From assembly GCA_963752475.1 (NCBI GenBank), contig CAVVYR010000007.1, positions 480,001 through 544,000 of the forward strand: a stretch of DNA of 64,000 nucleotides, given 5' to 3'. The notes under the pieces are model-generated. The model was not told the origin of the DNA, did no database searches, and was given only the letters and a program-made list of their open reading frames with translations. A program made the translations under genes and the position numbers. This document shows, piece after piece, positions 9,426-18,450 of this stretch. Position 1 is the first letter of the stretch; each line of letters opens with the position of its first letter. Source of the stretch: an uncultured Chloroflexia bacterium (GTDB lineage Bacteria > Chloroflexota > Limnocylindria > Limnocylindrales > CSP1-4).

Positions 9426-11162
9426 ATGCCGGAGCTGACACCCCACTACCACTGGATCATCCCCGAGGCGAACCCCGTCTCGGCGGCCACCATCGAAGAC
9501 GCCAAGCGGCGTGGTCTGTCAGCCCGAGCCCTACGCGTCCTGACGCGTCGCGGACCGGTCGACCCGGCCGAGCTGGCCTCGCGCTTCGACGATCCCCAGG
9601 CCGGCCTCCATGATCCTGCGCGGTTGCCGGACGCGGACGTCGTGCGCGAGCGCGTCGCGGCCGCTCGGCGGGCAGGGGAGTCGGTCATGGTGCTGGGCGA
9701 CTTCGACGCCGACGGGCTCACCGGCCTGGCCATCCTCACGCTGGCGCTGCGCCGACTGGGGTTGAACGTGGAGCCGTACGTGCCTGACCGCACGGGCGAG
9801 GGCCACGGGCTCTCCGCAGACGCCGTGGAACAAGCGGTCACGGCCGGTCACGGCCTCATCGTCACGGCCGACACCGGATCGACCAGCATCGAGGAGATCG
9901 CCGGCGCCAAGGCGGCCGGCATCGACGTCATCGTGACCGATCACCACGTCCTGGGCCCGGAGCGCCCTGCCGCGGTCGCGCTCGTCAACGCCCAGCGGCC
10001 GGACAGCGGCTATCCGGACGCGCGGCTGTCGGGTGCCGGCGTGGCCTTCAAGGTGGCTCAGCTACTCCTGGCGGATGAGCCGGGTGGGCCGGAGGAGGCG
10101 CTGGGGCTGGCCGACCTCGCCGCGGTGGGCTCCGTCGCGGATGTCGTGCCCATCCTCGGCGAGAACCGTTCCATCGTGCGACTGGGCCTGGCACGGCTGG
10201 AACGGTCCCCGCGACCGGGCTTCGCTGCGCTCATGACCAACGCCCGCATCGACCGCGACGGCGTCTCCGTCGATGACATCGCCTTCGGCCTGGCGCCACG
10301 CATCAACGCCATGGGCCGGATCGGTGACCCCAGCGTGGCGGCGTCGCTGCTGCTTGCTCCGGACGAGACCACCGCCTTCGGTCTGGCGGCGGAGCTGGAA
10401 GCGGCCAACAAGCGTCGTCGCGAGCTGACGGCTGAGGCCATGTCGGAGGCCCGTGAGCGGCTGACGACCCTGCCTGATACGCCGTTCCTCGTGCTCGAGG
10501 GCGATTGGCCGGTGGGCATCATCGGCCTCGTGGCCGGGCGACTGGCGGAGGACCAGGGTCGACCCACGCTCGTTCTCTCCACGGGCGTCGAGCCCTGGCG
10601 TGGCTCGGCTCGTAGCGCCGGAGGTGTGGACCTGGCAGCCGCGTTCGCCTCCGTCAGCGACCTCTTCGAGCGTTTCGGAGGCCATCCTGCGGCGGCCGGT
10701 TGCCACATCGAGGCCCGTCACCTCGACGAGCTGCGGTCCCGTCTCGTGGCCTTCGTGGAAGGCCATCCAGCGGCTGACGCGCGGCCCACCCTCTCGCTGG
10801 ATCTCGTCCAGAGCGCAGATGCCGCGGATTACGTACTCTTGCGCGAGTTGGCGCCGCTCGACGGCGCCGGAGACGCACCGCCGCTCGTCGGCATCGCGGG
10901 CCTTGCCGTGAACCGGGTCCGTGCCGCGAACGGTGGGCATACACAGCTCACGTTGCGTCGCGGGCGTGAGGTGGTCGATGGCATCGCCTTCGGCCGTGCC
11001 GATCTCGCGGAGCAACTGACGGAGGGTTCCGAGATCGACGTCGTGGCACGACTCGCCAGCCGCACCTTCGCCGGAATGGAGACGCTCCAGTTGGAGGTCC
11101 GCGACGTCGCCCCGGCCGGCTGGCTCCGAGCGATGACCTCGACGGAGGCGAATACTCGATGA
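9426..11162 (+). CDS. recJ: Single-stranded-DNA exonuclease RecJ (DHH family)
   Basis: GDFDADG, TDHH, SGAGVAFK, PRINAMGR, GSARS, FGGH. Confidence 0.93.
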   Translation: MPELTPHYHWIIPEANPVSAATIEDAKRRGLSARALRVLTRRGPVDPAELASRFDDPQAGLHDPARLPDADVVRERVAAARRAGESVMVLGDFDADGLTGLAILTLALRRLGLNVEPYVPDRTGEGHGLSADAVEQAVTAGHGLIVTADTGSTSIEEIAGAKAAGIDVIVTDHHVLGPERPAAVALVNAQRPDSGYPDARLSGAGVAFKVAQLLLADEPGGPEEALGLADLAAVGSVADVVPILGENRSIVRLGLARLERSPRPGFAALMTNARIDRDGVSVDDIAFGLAPRINAMGRIGDPSVAASLLLAPDETTAFGLAAELEAANKRRRELTAEAMSEARERLTTLPDTPFLVLEGDWPVGIIGLVAGRLAEDQGRPTLVLSTGVEPWRGSARSAGGVDLAAAFASVSDLFERFGGHPAAAGCHIEARHLDELRSRLVAFVEGHPAADARPTLSLDLVQSADAADYVLLRELAPLDGAGDAPPLVGIAGLAVNRVRAANGGHTQLTLRRGREVVDGIAFGRADLAEQLTEGSEIDVVARLASRTFAGMETLQLEVRDVAPAGWLRAMTSTEANTR

Positions 11163-12658
11163 CGCAGCCACCCCAGGGGCCACCTCGCGGCTATCCGCCC
11201 GGTTACCCGCAGGATCCGGGCTATCTGCCGCCGCCGTATCCGCCCGGCCAGGAGCCCATCCAGCCGCGGGAGCCGCGTCGCTCGTCGCCCATGATCGCCC
11301 CGGTGCTGGCTTTCATCGCCCTCATCATCGTGGGTGCTGCCAGCTACTTCCTCGTCAACTACATCGACACCAACCTCGACAGCGCCGCCGCGGATGCCAC
11401 CGAGGAGCCGGCCGTGGTCGCCGCCGTCGAGGAGACGCCCCCGGTCGAGGTCACCGAGGCGCCTGCCGCCGGGGAGCCAGTGGCGACCGACGACGGCTCG
11501 GAGCCGGAGGCGACCGACGATGCCTTCGAGGAGACCCCGGAGCCCGAGCCGGAGACCACGGCGGAGCCGATCCTCGTGGTTCCGCCGTCGGACGAGCGTG
11601 CGGACATCACCGGCTCGCTCGTCTTCACCCGCCTCGGTGGCGACGTCTGGTCCGCTTCGGGCACCACGCTCGACTCGCTCACCGACAGCAACTCGACCAA
11701 GTCCGACTCGACGCCGGTGTGGTCACCGGATAGCAAGCACATCTACTTCATCCGCAGCGCCAAGAAGACGGTCAAGGACGGCAAGGCCCGCTACGACGGC
11801 AAGTACACGCTCTACCCCACCGACGTCATGCGCATGAATACGAACGGCGCCAACAAGAAGAAGGTCTACAACTCGCTCGTCAACGACGGCCGGGGCGCCT
11901 GGTTCTCGACCGTGCTGCAGCCGTCGGTGAGCCCTGCGGGCAACAACATCGCCGTCGTCAGCGACGGTCCAGACGGCTCCAACGACGTGGTCGCGTTGTA
12001 CATCCTCAACTCCAAGTCAGGGCGGCTGAACCGTGTGAACACGCCCTACGAGGTCTACAACAACGCCGCGCTCGGGCACAACGACCCCGATTTCAACCGT
12101 GACGGCACCAGGATCGCCTTCACCTACAACGAGAACGCGGGCACGGAGGCCGATCCCAAGATCGCCATCTTCACCTGCCAGACGAAGAGCAAGTGCACCA
12201 GGGGCAAGACCAAGTACCTCAAGAACGGCTATGCGAACCCCTCGTGGTCACCGGACGGCAAGCTGCTGGCGGTCGAGACCACTGACGGCGCCGGCCGAGA
12301 CATCGCGCTCATCACCTCGGCCAAGGGCCTCGAGCGGGTCCAGCTGACCAACGACGGTGACAGCTTCGCGCCGGAGTTCTCGCCCAACGGCGACCAGATC
12401 GCCTACCTCAAGCGCGACGGCCAGGACATCGACGTGCGGGTCATGACGCTGGAGATCGATGACAAGGGCACGATCACGCTCGTTTCGGACAAGGCCGTCA
12501 CGAGCGATGGCACCGTCGACGGTGAATCCGGTGTCTCCTGGGCCATCCCGGCGAACCAGCTGGACAGCGCCGGCTCGGTCGACGCTGCCGAACCCGATGC
12601 CAGCGAGGAGTCCGACGCGGCCCTCGAAGAAGCCCCACCCCCGCCGCCTGGGTCATAG
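11159..12658 (+). CDS. Membrane-anchored TolB-like (PD40 repeat) beta-propeller protein
   Basis: Pro-rich N-terminus, one TM, acidic linker, repeats PVWSPDSK, PSVSPAG, PDFNRDG, PSWSPDGK, PEFSPNG. Confidence 0.82.
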   Translation: MTQPPQGPPRGYPPGYPQDPGYLPPPYPPGQEPIQPREPRRSSPMIAPVLAFIALIIVGAASYFLVNYIDTNLDSAAADATEEPAVVAAVEETPPVEVTEAPAAGEPVATDDGSEPEATDDAFEETPEPEPETTAEPILVVPPSDERADITGSLVFTRLGGDVWSASGTTLDSLTDSNSTKSDSTPVWSPDSKHIYFIRSAKKTVKDGKARYDGKYTLYPTDVMRMNTNGANKKKVYNSLVNDGRGAWFSTVLQPSVSPAGNNIAVVSDGPDGSNDVVALYILNSKSGRLNRVNTPYEVYNNAALGHNDPDFNRDGTRIAFTYNENAGTEADPKIAIFTCQTKSKCTRGKTKYLKNGYANPSWSPDGKLLAVETTDGAGRDIALITSAKGLERVQLTNDGDSFAPEFSPNGDQIAYLKRDGQDIDVRVMTLEIDDKGTITLVSDKAVTSDGTVDGESGVSWAIPANQLDSAGSVDAAEPDASEESDAALEEAPPPPPGS

Positions 12659-12730
12659 GACCGTCATCCGATCCGCCCCGGTCGGGGTGCTAGGATGCTC
12701 GGGTCTGATCCACACTCCTCGGAGGATCAC

Positions 12731-13069
12731 ATGCCCTTCAACGTAGGGCCTCTCGAACTCGTCATCGTGCTCGTCATCGCGCTGCTCGTCATCGGGCCCA
12801 AGCGCCTGCCTGAGATGGGCAATTCCCTGGGCAAGACCATCCGGGAGTTCCGCAACGCCTCGACGGATGTGACTGACGCCGTATCGCTCGAGCCGGAGTC
12901 CAAGCCGGCCGCCCAGCAGGCGACCGCCACCACCGCGGCTGCCTCTGCAGCAGCACCGGCCCCCTCGCAGGCCGCGGCAGCGGAACCCTCGTCCGCCGAG
13001 CCCGCGCCCGCCGAGCCCGCCGAGACGGCGGAGGCCAGCCCGGCCGACCCCAAGTCCGACGACGCCTGA
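12731..13069 (+). CDS. tatA: Twin-arginine translocase TatA
   Basis: GGAGG RBS; GPLELVIVLVIALLVIGPKRLPEMG..LGKTIREFR. Confidence 0.95.
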   Translation: MPFNVGPLELVIVLVIALLVIGPKRLPEMGNSLGKTIREFRNASTDVTDAVSLEPESKPAAQQATATTAAASAAAPAPSQAAAAEPSSAEPAPAEPAETAEASPADPKSDDA

Positions 13070-13118
13070 TCAGCGCGACGTGCGGCAGAGACCGGCACGT
13101 CCGTGACCGGCAACGACC

Positions 13119-13907
13119 ATGAGTGAGGCGGTGGAGCCGGGTCCGGTCGCGTCCAAGCCCCCGGTGATCGAGGATCCGGAGCCGTCGCCCACGCCCTCGA
13201 CGATGACGCTCGTCGACCACCTCTCGGAGCTGCGTCGCCGCATCGCCATCAGCATCGTGGCCGTCGGCATCGGTGCGGTCATCGGCTTCATCCTCGCCGA
13301 GCCCATCATCAAGCTACTGCTGACCCCGTTGCCTGATGGCGAGGTCGTGTTCCTCACCGTCGGTGGCGGCTTCTTCGTCTTCCTGCGCGTCGCGCTGATC
13401 GTGGGCGTCCTGCTGGCGCTACCGGTCGTCCTCTACCAACTGTGGGCCTTCGTCGCACCCGGGCTCCTGCCGGAAGAGCGGCGGGCGGCCCTGCCCTGGA
13501 TCCCGATGACGGTCGTCTTCTTCCTCATCGGCACCGCCGTGGCCTGGATCACGCTGCCGTATGCCGTGGGCTTCCTTATCGGCTTCGAGATCGAGGGCTC
13601 GCTGACCGCGCTGCCCAGCGCGGAGGCCTACTTCAGCTTCGTGACCATCATGTTCCTGCTGTTCGGCCTGGTCATGCAGTTTCCGATCGTGCTCATCTTC
13701 CTCGATCGCCTCGGGATCCTGAGCGTCGACCAGTTGCGCGCGATGCGCCGCTATGTGCTCCTGGGCGTGGTCATCTTCGCGGTCGTCGTCACGCCCGGCG
13801 GCGACCCCATCAGCCCCATCGTCCTATCGGGCACGATGTACGTGCTCTACGAGTTCACGATCTTCATGATGCAGCGACGCCAACGGAGGATCGAACGCGA
13901 TGCCTGA
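13119..13907 (+). CDS. tatC: Twin-arginine translocase TatC
   Basis: LVDHLSELRRR, YQLWAFVAPGL, VTPGGDP, LYEF. Confidence 0.96.
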   Translation: MSEAVEPGPVASKPPVIEDPEPSPTPSTMTLVDHLSELRRRIAISIVAVGIGAVIGFILAEPIIKLLLTPLPDGEVVFLTVGGGFFVFLRVALIVGVLLALPVVLYQLWAFVAPGLLPEERRAALPWIPMTVVFFLIGTAVAWITLPYAVGFLIGFEIEGSLTALPSAEAYFSFVTIMFLLFGLVMQFPIVLIFLDRLGILSVDQLRAMRRYVLLGVVIFAVVVTPGGDPISPIVLSGTMYVLYEFTIFMMQRRQRRIERDA

Positions 13908-14802
13908 TCAGCCAGTGCTGCCGGACCCCGGCAACCAGCACGTCGCCATCATCACGGGGCTCTCGGGCGCCGGGAAGACCGCCGCCTCCAAGATCTTCGA
14001 GGATCTCGGCTACACCGTCGTCGACAACGTGCCCGCTGAGCTCCTGCGTGACCTCGCAGAGCTGGTCGCCAGCGACCCCGCGCGCTACGACCGCGTGGCC
14101 ATCGTGCTCGACGTCCGCGCTGGTGATGCTCCGATGGCGCTGGCGGCCGCCATGGGCGCCCTCCACGGCCGCGGCATCGAGCCCCAGATCGTCTTCCTGG
14201 AGGCTACCGACGAAGTGCTGGTGCGGCGCTACTCGGAGACCCGCCATCGCCATCCGCTCGACGACCAGAACGACGGCGTGCAGTCGGCCATCATGCGCGA
14301 GCGGATCATGCTCGACGAGATCCGCGACATGGCCCAGACGACCATCGACACCTCCGACCTCGCCTTCAAGCAGTTGCGCGAGCGCATCATCATCGCGCTC
14401 GGGGCGCAGCCGGGACCGGAGCAGCTCTCGCTGCAGGTGCTCACGTTCGGCTTCAAGTACGGTGTGCCGCTGGAGGCGGACCTCGTCTTCGACGTGCGCT
14501 TCATGGAGAACCCGTTCTACCGGCCCGAGCTGCGGGAGCACTCCGGCCAGACGGAGGACGTCCGCGAGTTCGTCCTGGGCCAGCCCATCACCGAGCAGTT
14601 CCTTGCGCACCTCGACGGCTTCTTCGCCACCGTCATCCCGGCCTACCTGGCCGAGGGCAAGACCCGCCTGACCATCGCCATCGGGTGCACGGGCGGCTTC
14701 CACCGGTCGGTGGCCATCGGCGAGGCCCTCGCCAAGCAGCTCGAGGAGCTGCACATGGGGCCGGTCAACGTGTGGCACCGCGAGCTCGAGAAACGCCGAT
14801 GA
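13900..14802 (+). CDS. rapZ: RNase adapter RapZ/YvcJ P-loop protein
   Basis: ITGLSGAGKT, VVDN, RRYSETRHRHPL, FGFKYG, DVRF, GCTGGFHRSV. Confidence 0.96.
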   Translation: MPDQPVLPDPGNQHVAIITGLSGAGKTAASKIFEDLGYTVVDNVPAELLRDLAELVASDPARYDRVAIVLDVRAGDAPMALAAAMGALHGRGIEPQIVFLEATDEVLVRRYSETRHRHPLDDQNDGVQSAIMRERIMLDEIRDMAQTTIDTSDLAFKQLRERIIIALGAQPGPEQLSLQVLTFGFKYGVPLEADLVFDVRFMENPFYRPELREHSGQTEDVREFVLGQPITEQFLAHLDGFFATVIPAYLAEGKTRLTIAIGCTGGFHRSVAIGEALAKQLEELHMGPVNVWHRELEKRR

Positions 14803-16133
14803 CGCGGCCGGGGGGTGAGGGCCGCCTGAGCCGCCTGAAGCGCTGGCTGCGGCCCGGCATGGGCGTCAAGCGCTGGCTGCTGCTGATGCTCGTGGGCCTG
14901 ACCATCCTGGCCACGGCCGGCGCGCTCTTCATCCGCATCCTCTTCCGCGAGGTCCCGGCGGACAGCGTCGCGGGCCGGCTCTTCGAGCTCGTCAGCCTCA
15001 ACTTCCTGCCCGACCCGCTGCGGCCGATCGTGGTCGTCTTCCTCGGAGCGGTCGTCTTCCTCTACGGCCTCTGGCGCCTGCTGAACGCCTTGCTCGAGCC
15101 ATTCCCTGCGCGGCGGGAGCCGCTCGTGGAGCTGGTCTACCAGAAGCGCTCGCTGGCTCGCGGCCCGCGCATCGTGGCCATCGGTGGCGGTACCGGCCAG
15201 TCCACGCTCCTGCGCGGCCTCAAGGAGGTCAGCAGCAACATCACCGCTGTCGTGACCGTGGCCGACGACGGTGGCTCGAGCGGCAAGCTGCGCGAGGAGC
15301 TGGGCGTGCCGCCGGTGGGGGACATCCGCAACTGCATCGCCGCCCTCGCCGATGCGGAGCCGGACATGAACCGCCTGATGCAGTACCGCTTCCCCACGCG
15401 TGAGGCCGAGCCCGGTGTCGCCGGCCACGCCCTGGGCAACCTGCTCATCGCGGCCATGGCCGACATCAGGGGCGACTTCGAGGAGGGCGTCCGTGGGGCC
15501 AACCACGTGCTCGCGGTGCGTGGGCAGGTCGTGCCCGTCGCGGGCGAGGCGCTCAACCTCAACGCCGAGCTGGCCGACGGCTCCGTGCTCCAGGGTCAGT
15601 CGAGCATCGGCCGCTCACGCGGGATCCGCCGGGTCTGGCTCAGCCCGGCTTCGGTCGCGGCCAGCCGTGAGGCCGTGGAGGCGATCCGCGAAGCGGACCT
15701 CATCGTGCTTGGGCCGGGTTCGCTCTACACCAGCCTGCTGCCGAGCCTGCTGGTACCGGGTATCCGCTCCGCGCTCGAGGCGGCGCGTGGGACGCGCGTC
15801 TACGTCGCGAACGTGGCCACCCAGCTCGGCGAGACCGAGGGCTACACCCTCTCGGAGCACGTGGCCGCGCTCTCGGCGCATGACGTGGGCCATCTCATCG
15901 ATGTGGTCCTGGCCAACGACGACACCAGCGCCCGCGTACCCAGCGGCTACCCCGCCGAGCCGGTGCGCATCGACCTCCCGCAGAGCGATGCCCGGCCGCG
16001 CCTGGAGCTGGCCCCGGTGGTCGACCCGTCGAACGCCCACCGCCACGATCCACAGCGACTGACGCGGGCGTTGGTGCGCCTCATCGACGAGCGGCCGGCT
16101 GCCCGCCCGGTGGCGCCGGTGCGGAGCGCCTGA
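14799..16133 (+). CDS. yvcK: YvcK/CofD-like UDP-GlcNAc-binding factor with N-terminal TM region
   Basis: IGGGTG, VADDGGSSG, GDIRN, GHALGNL, GPGSLYTS; ATG overlaps rapZ stop. Confidence 0.94.
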   Translation: MTRPGGEGRLSRLKRWLRPGMGVKRWLLLMLVGLTILATAGALFIRILFREVPADSVAGRLFELVSLNFLPDPLRPIVVVFLGAVVFLYGLWRLLNALLEPFPARREPLVELVYQKRSLARGPRIVAIGGGTGQSTLLRGLKEVSSNITAVVTVADDGGSSGKLREELGVPPVGDIRNCIAALADAEPDMNRLMQYRFPTREAEPGVAGHALGNLLIAAMADIRGDFEEGVRGANHVLAVRGQVVPVAGEALNLNAELADGSVLQGQSSIGRSRGIRRVWLSPASVAASREAVEAIREADLIVLGPGSLYTSLLPSLLVPGIRSALEAARGTRVYVANVATQLGETEGYTLSEHVAALSAHDVGHLIDVVLANDDTSARVPSGYPAEPVRIDLPQSDARPRLELAPVVDPSNAHRHDPQRLTRALVRLIDERPAARPVAPVRSA

Positions 16134-16146
16134 GCCAGCCGTCCAG

Positions 16147-16935
16147 ATGGCCGAATCACGCGAGCGCGAGCTGGCACAGACCATCCGCGCCGAGCTTGCC
16201 GCCATCGACCCACCACGTGCCTGCTGCCGCGAGGCCGAGCGCTCCGGACTCGGTGCCGCTGCCCACGGCCATGCCCGCTCGCCGGTCATCGCTCGTCTCG
16301 CCGTCCGACTGACCGAAGATGCGCTGGGGGAGGGGAGCGAGCCACGAGAGTTCGACTGGGCCGGCGCGCGGGACCATTGCCGTGCCTCCTGGCTGCGAGG
16401 TCGCTTCCTCTCGTCCGGATCGCTGAGCCTGGGTGCACGCGGTGCGCACCTCGAGTTCGTGGTCGGTTCGGATGAGGGCGAGGCGTTGCGACGCCGGCTC
16501 GATGAAGTGGGCTTCGCGACCTCGGTGCGGACGCGTCGTGGTCGCGCGGTGCTCACGAGCAAGCGCACGGACACGATCCTGGCTCTCCTGCGCTATTGCG
16601 GCGCTGGTGCCAGCGTGCTCGAGATCGAGTCGCGCCTGGTGATGCGGCAGCTGCAGGGTCACCTCAACCGTGTGCTCAACGCCGAGACCGCGAACCTCGA
16701 GCGGACCGTGGCCTCGAGCGCCCGTCAGATCGCGATCATCGATCAGCTCGAGGCCGAGGGCGGGCTGGGCGGGCTGTCGGCCGTGGATCAGTCGGTGGCG
16801 AAAGCTCGCAAGGCCGCACCGGAGGCGTCGTTCACGGAGCTCGCGGCGACGCTGGGGCTCTCTCGTGCACGTGTGCAGCGCGCCTTCGGTCGCATCGAGT
16901 CGGCGGCCATTGCCGGGAGCGCGACCGCCGACTGA
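16147..16935 (+). CDS. whiA: DNA-binding protein WhiA (short form)
   Basis: Follows rapZ-yvcK; WLRGRFLSSGS, HLEF, NRVLNAETANLERT, C-terminal HTH. Confidence 0.88.
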   Translation: MAESRERELAQTIRAELAAIDPPRACCREAERSGLGAAAHGHARSPVIARLAVRLTEDALGEGSEPREFDWAGARDHCRASWLRGRFLSSGSLSLGARGAHLEFVVGSDEGEALRRRLDEVGFATSVRTRRGRAVLTSKRTDTILALLRYCGAGASVLEIESRLVMRQLQGHLNRVLNAETANLERTVASSARQIAIIDQLEAEGGLGGLSAVDQSVAKARKAAPEASFTELAATLGLSRARVQRAFGRIESAAIAGSATAD

Positions 16936-17038
16936 CCCGGGATCGGCGGTCGCTACTGCCCGAACGCCACCGACTCAGGTCGCATCCTGGCGAGCGTGAC
17001 CGCACCCCTTCGTTCCGGGGATGCACGGCGGTCACGGC

Positions 17039-17115
17039 CTTGTGCCCCGAGGGACAATGGCTCCAGGCCAGTCGAGCCACTTCCCCCGGCTCCACACGTA
17101 GTCAGGGGGTACCCG
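17039..17115 (+). promoter_or_regulatory. Promoter/5' leader shared with RTX-repeat paralogues
   Basis: TTGTGCC-N4-GGGAYAATG..GTCGAGCC-N9-GGCTC..AGGGGGTAC-N-CG-ATG also present upstream of 31084 and 33885 (- strand); partial match upstream of 29016. Confidence 0.6.
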
Positions 17116-18153
17116 ATGACTGGACGCTCCATCTCACAAATCATGGCCGTGCTGGCGGCTGCCACTCTGACCGCCACGCTCGCCGGAGTGGTGATCGGGG
17201 CCGATGTCGAGCGGGCCGCGAAGAAGAAGGCCCGGTGCGACGGGGTGGTGGCCACGAAGGTCGGCACCGCCAAGGCTGACGTCATCCGTGGCACCGCGGG
17301 ACGCGACATCATCGCTGGGCTCGGCGGCAACGACATCATCATCGGCCGTGGCGGCAACGACATCATCTGCGGTGGTGCGGGCAACGACCGTCTCGTCGGT
17401 GGCGCCGGCCACGACAAGCTGCTCGGCCAGACCGGCCGTGACCGCCTCTTCGGCGGGGGTGGGGTCGATCGCCTCTTCGGCGGCCTACACAACGACGTCC
17501 TCGCCGGCCAGGCCGGACCCGATGTCCTCGGCGGGGGTGCCGGGCGCGACCGGCTCGACGGCGGGGTCGGCGTCGACCTCTGCAGCCAGGGCACCGGGCA
17601 TGGGCCGATGATGCGCTGCGAGCTGCCCAAGGCGGTGTTCGCGACACCGGCACCACCGCCACCGGCACCGGCGGCAAAGGTGCTCGCCATCGCGTGGTCA
17701 GACCTCAATCGTGACTATGTCTATGGTGACGGTGACGTGATGATCGCCAAGCTCGTCGACACGAACGGTGACGAGATCCCCAGCAAGGGCGACACGATCG
17801 AGATGGGTGCACACCCCGTCACTGCCAACCCGACCAGCCCGGCTCAGTACCTCGCCTGGCGCGAGAGCAGGCACGTCGTGGCCTCGATCGTCAACCAGAC
17901 ATCGGAGTACGTGGTCGTTACGAATGAGGCGGGTGGCTTTCACACGTGGACCAAGACATCGGGGTCGTACCGCGACCAATACGACGAAGAGAGTGCGACC
18001 GGCAGCTCCGAGGTCGATGACTGGCGGGGGTACGACGAAGAGGACAGGGTCGACGTCGAGGTAGGCTCTCCGAGTCGGCCGTCCAGGACCGACTCGTGGA
18101 CCCACAAAGGCCTCGGTGACGACCTGCTCGTCGACGTGGAGCTCTACTACTAG
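17116..18153 (+). CDS. Secreted calcium-binding RTX (GGxGxD) repeat protein, paralogue 1
   Basis: Signal peptide, Cys-flanked GGxGND nonapeptide repeats, Pro linker, C-domain with DxNGD loop ending DDLLVDVELYY. Confidence 0.88.
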   Translation: MTGRSISQIMAVLAAATLTATLAGVVIGADVERAAKKKARCDGVVATKVGTAKADVIRGTAGRDIIAGLGGNDIIIGRGGNDIICGGAGNDRLVGGAGHDKLLGQTGRDRLFGGGGVDRLFGGLHNDVLAGQAGPDVLGGGAGRDRLDGGVGVDLCSQGTGHGPMMRCELPKAVFATPAPPPPAPAAKVLAIAWSDLNRDYVYGDGDVMIAKLVDTNGDEIPSKGDTIEMGAHPVTANPTSPAQYLAWRESRHVVASIVNQTSEYVVVTNEAGGFHTWTKTSGSYRDQYDEESATGSSEVDDWRGYDEEDRVDVEVGSPSRPSRTDSWTHKGLGDDLLVDVELYY

Positions 18154-18160
18154 CGTCAGC

Positions 18161-18357
18161 TCTGCCCACCACGCTATCGGCCATTCCCTGTTGGCTGAAC
18201 TCGACGTCATCGACGGGGAAGTGCTCCATCTCAGCCTCCAGCAGGCTCAGGTCGTCAGTCCGAGCCTCCACCGGGCTGAGGCCTTGCACTCGGGGCCCAG
18301 ACTGGTCGAGTTCAGCCAGCAGGTGATGGCCGAGCCACGGCACCCTCGACGGGCAGA
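18161..18357. ncRNA. Rod-shaped palindromic element, candidate 6S-like structured RNA
   Basis: Stems 18177-18205/18305-18333, 18220-24/18286-90, 18230-36/18274-80, 18243-48/18262-67, all symmetric about 18255; outer TCTGCCC/GGGCAGA. The structure is seen; the identity is inferred. Confidence 0.4.
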
Positions 18358-18450
18358 TCCCTGGGGGGTCGTCATCAGGGTGCGTCCGGCGGGCCGGATT
18401 GGTGACGTCTGGCTCGGCCGTCAAGGGTGGCCGCCGACTAGACTGGGGTC

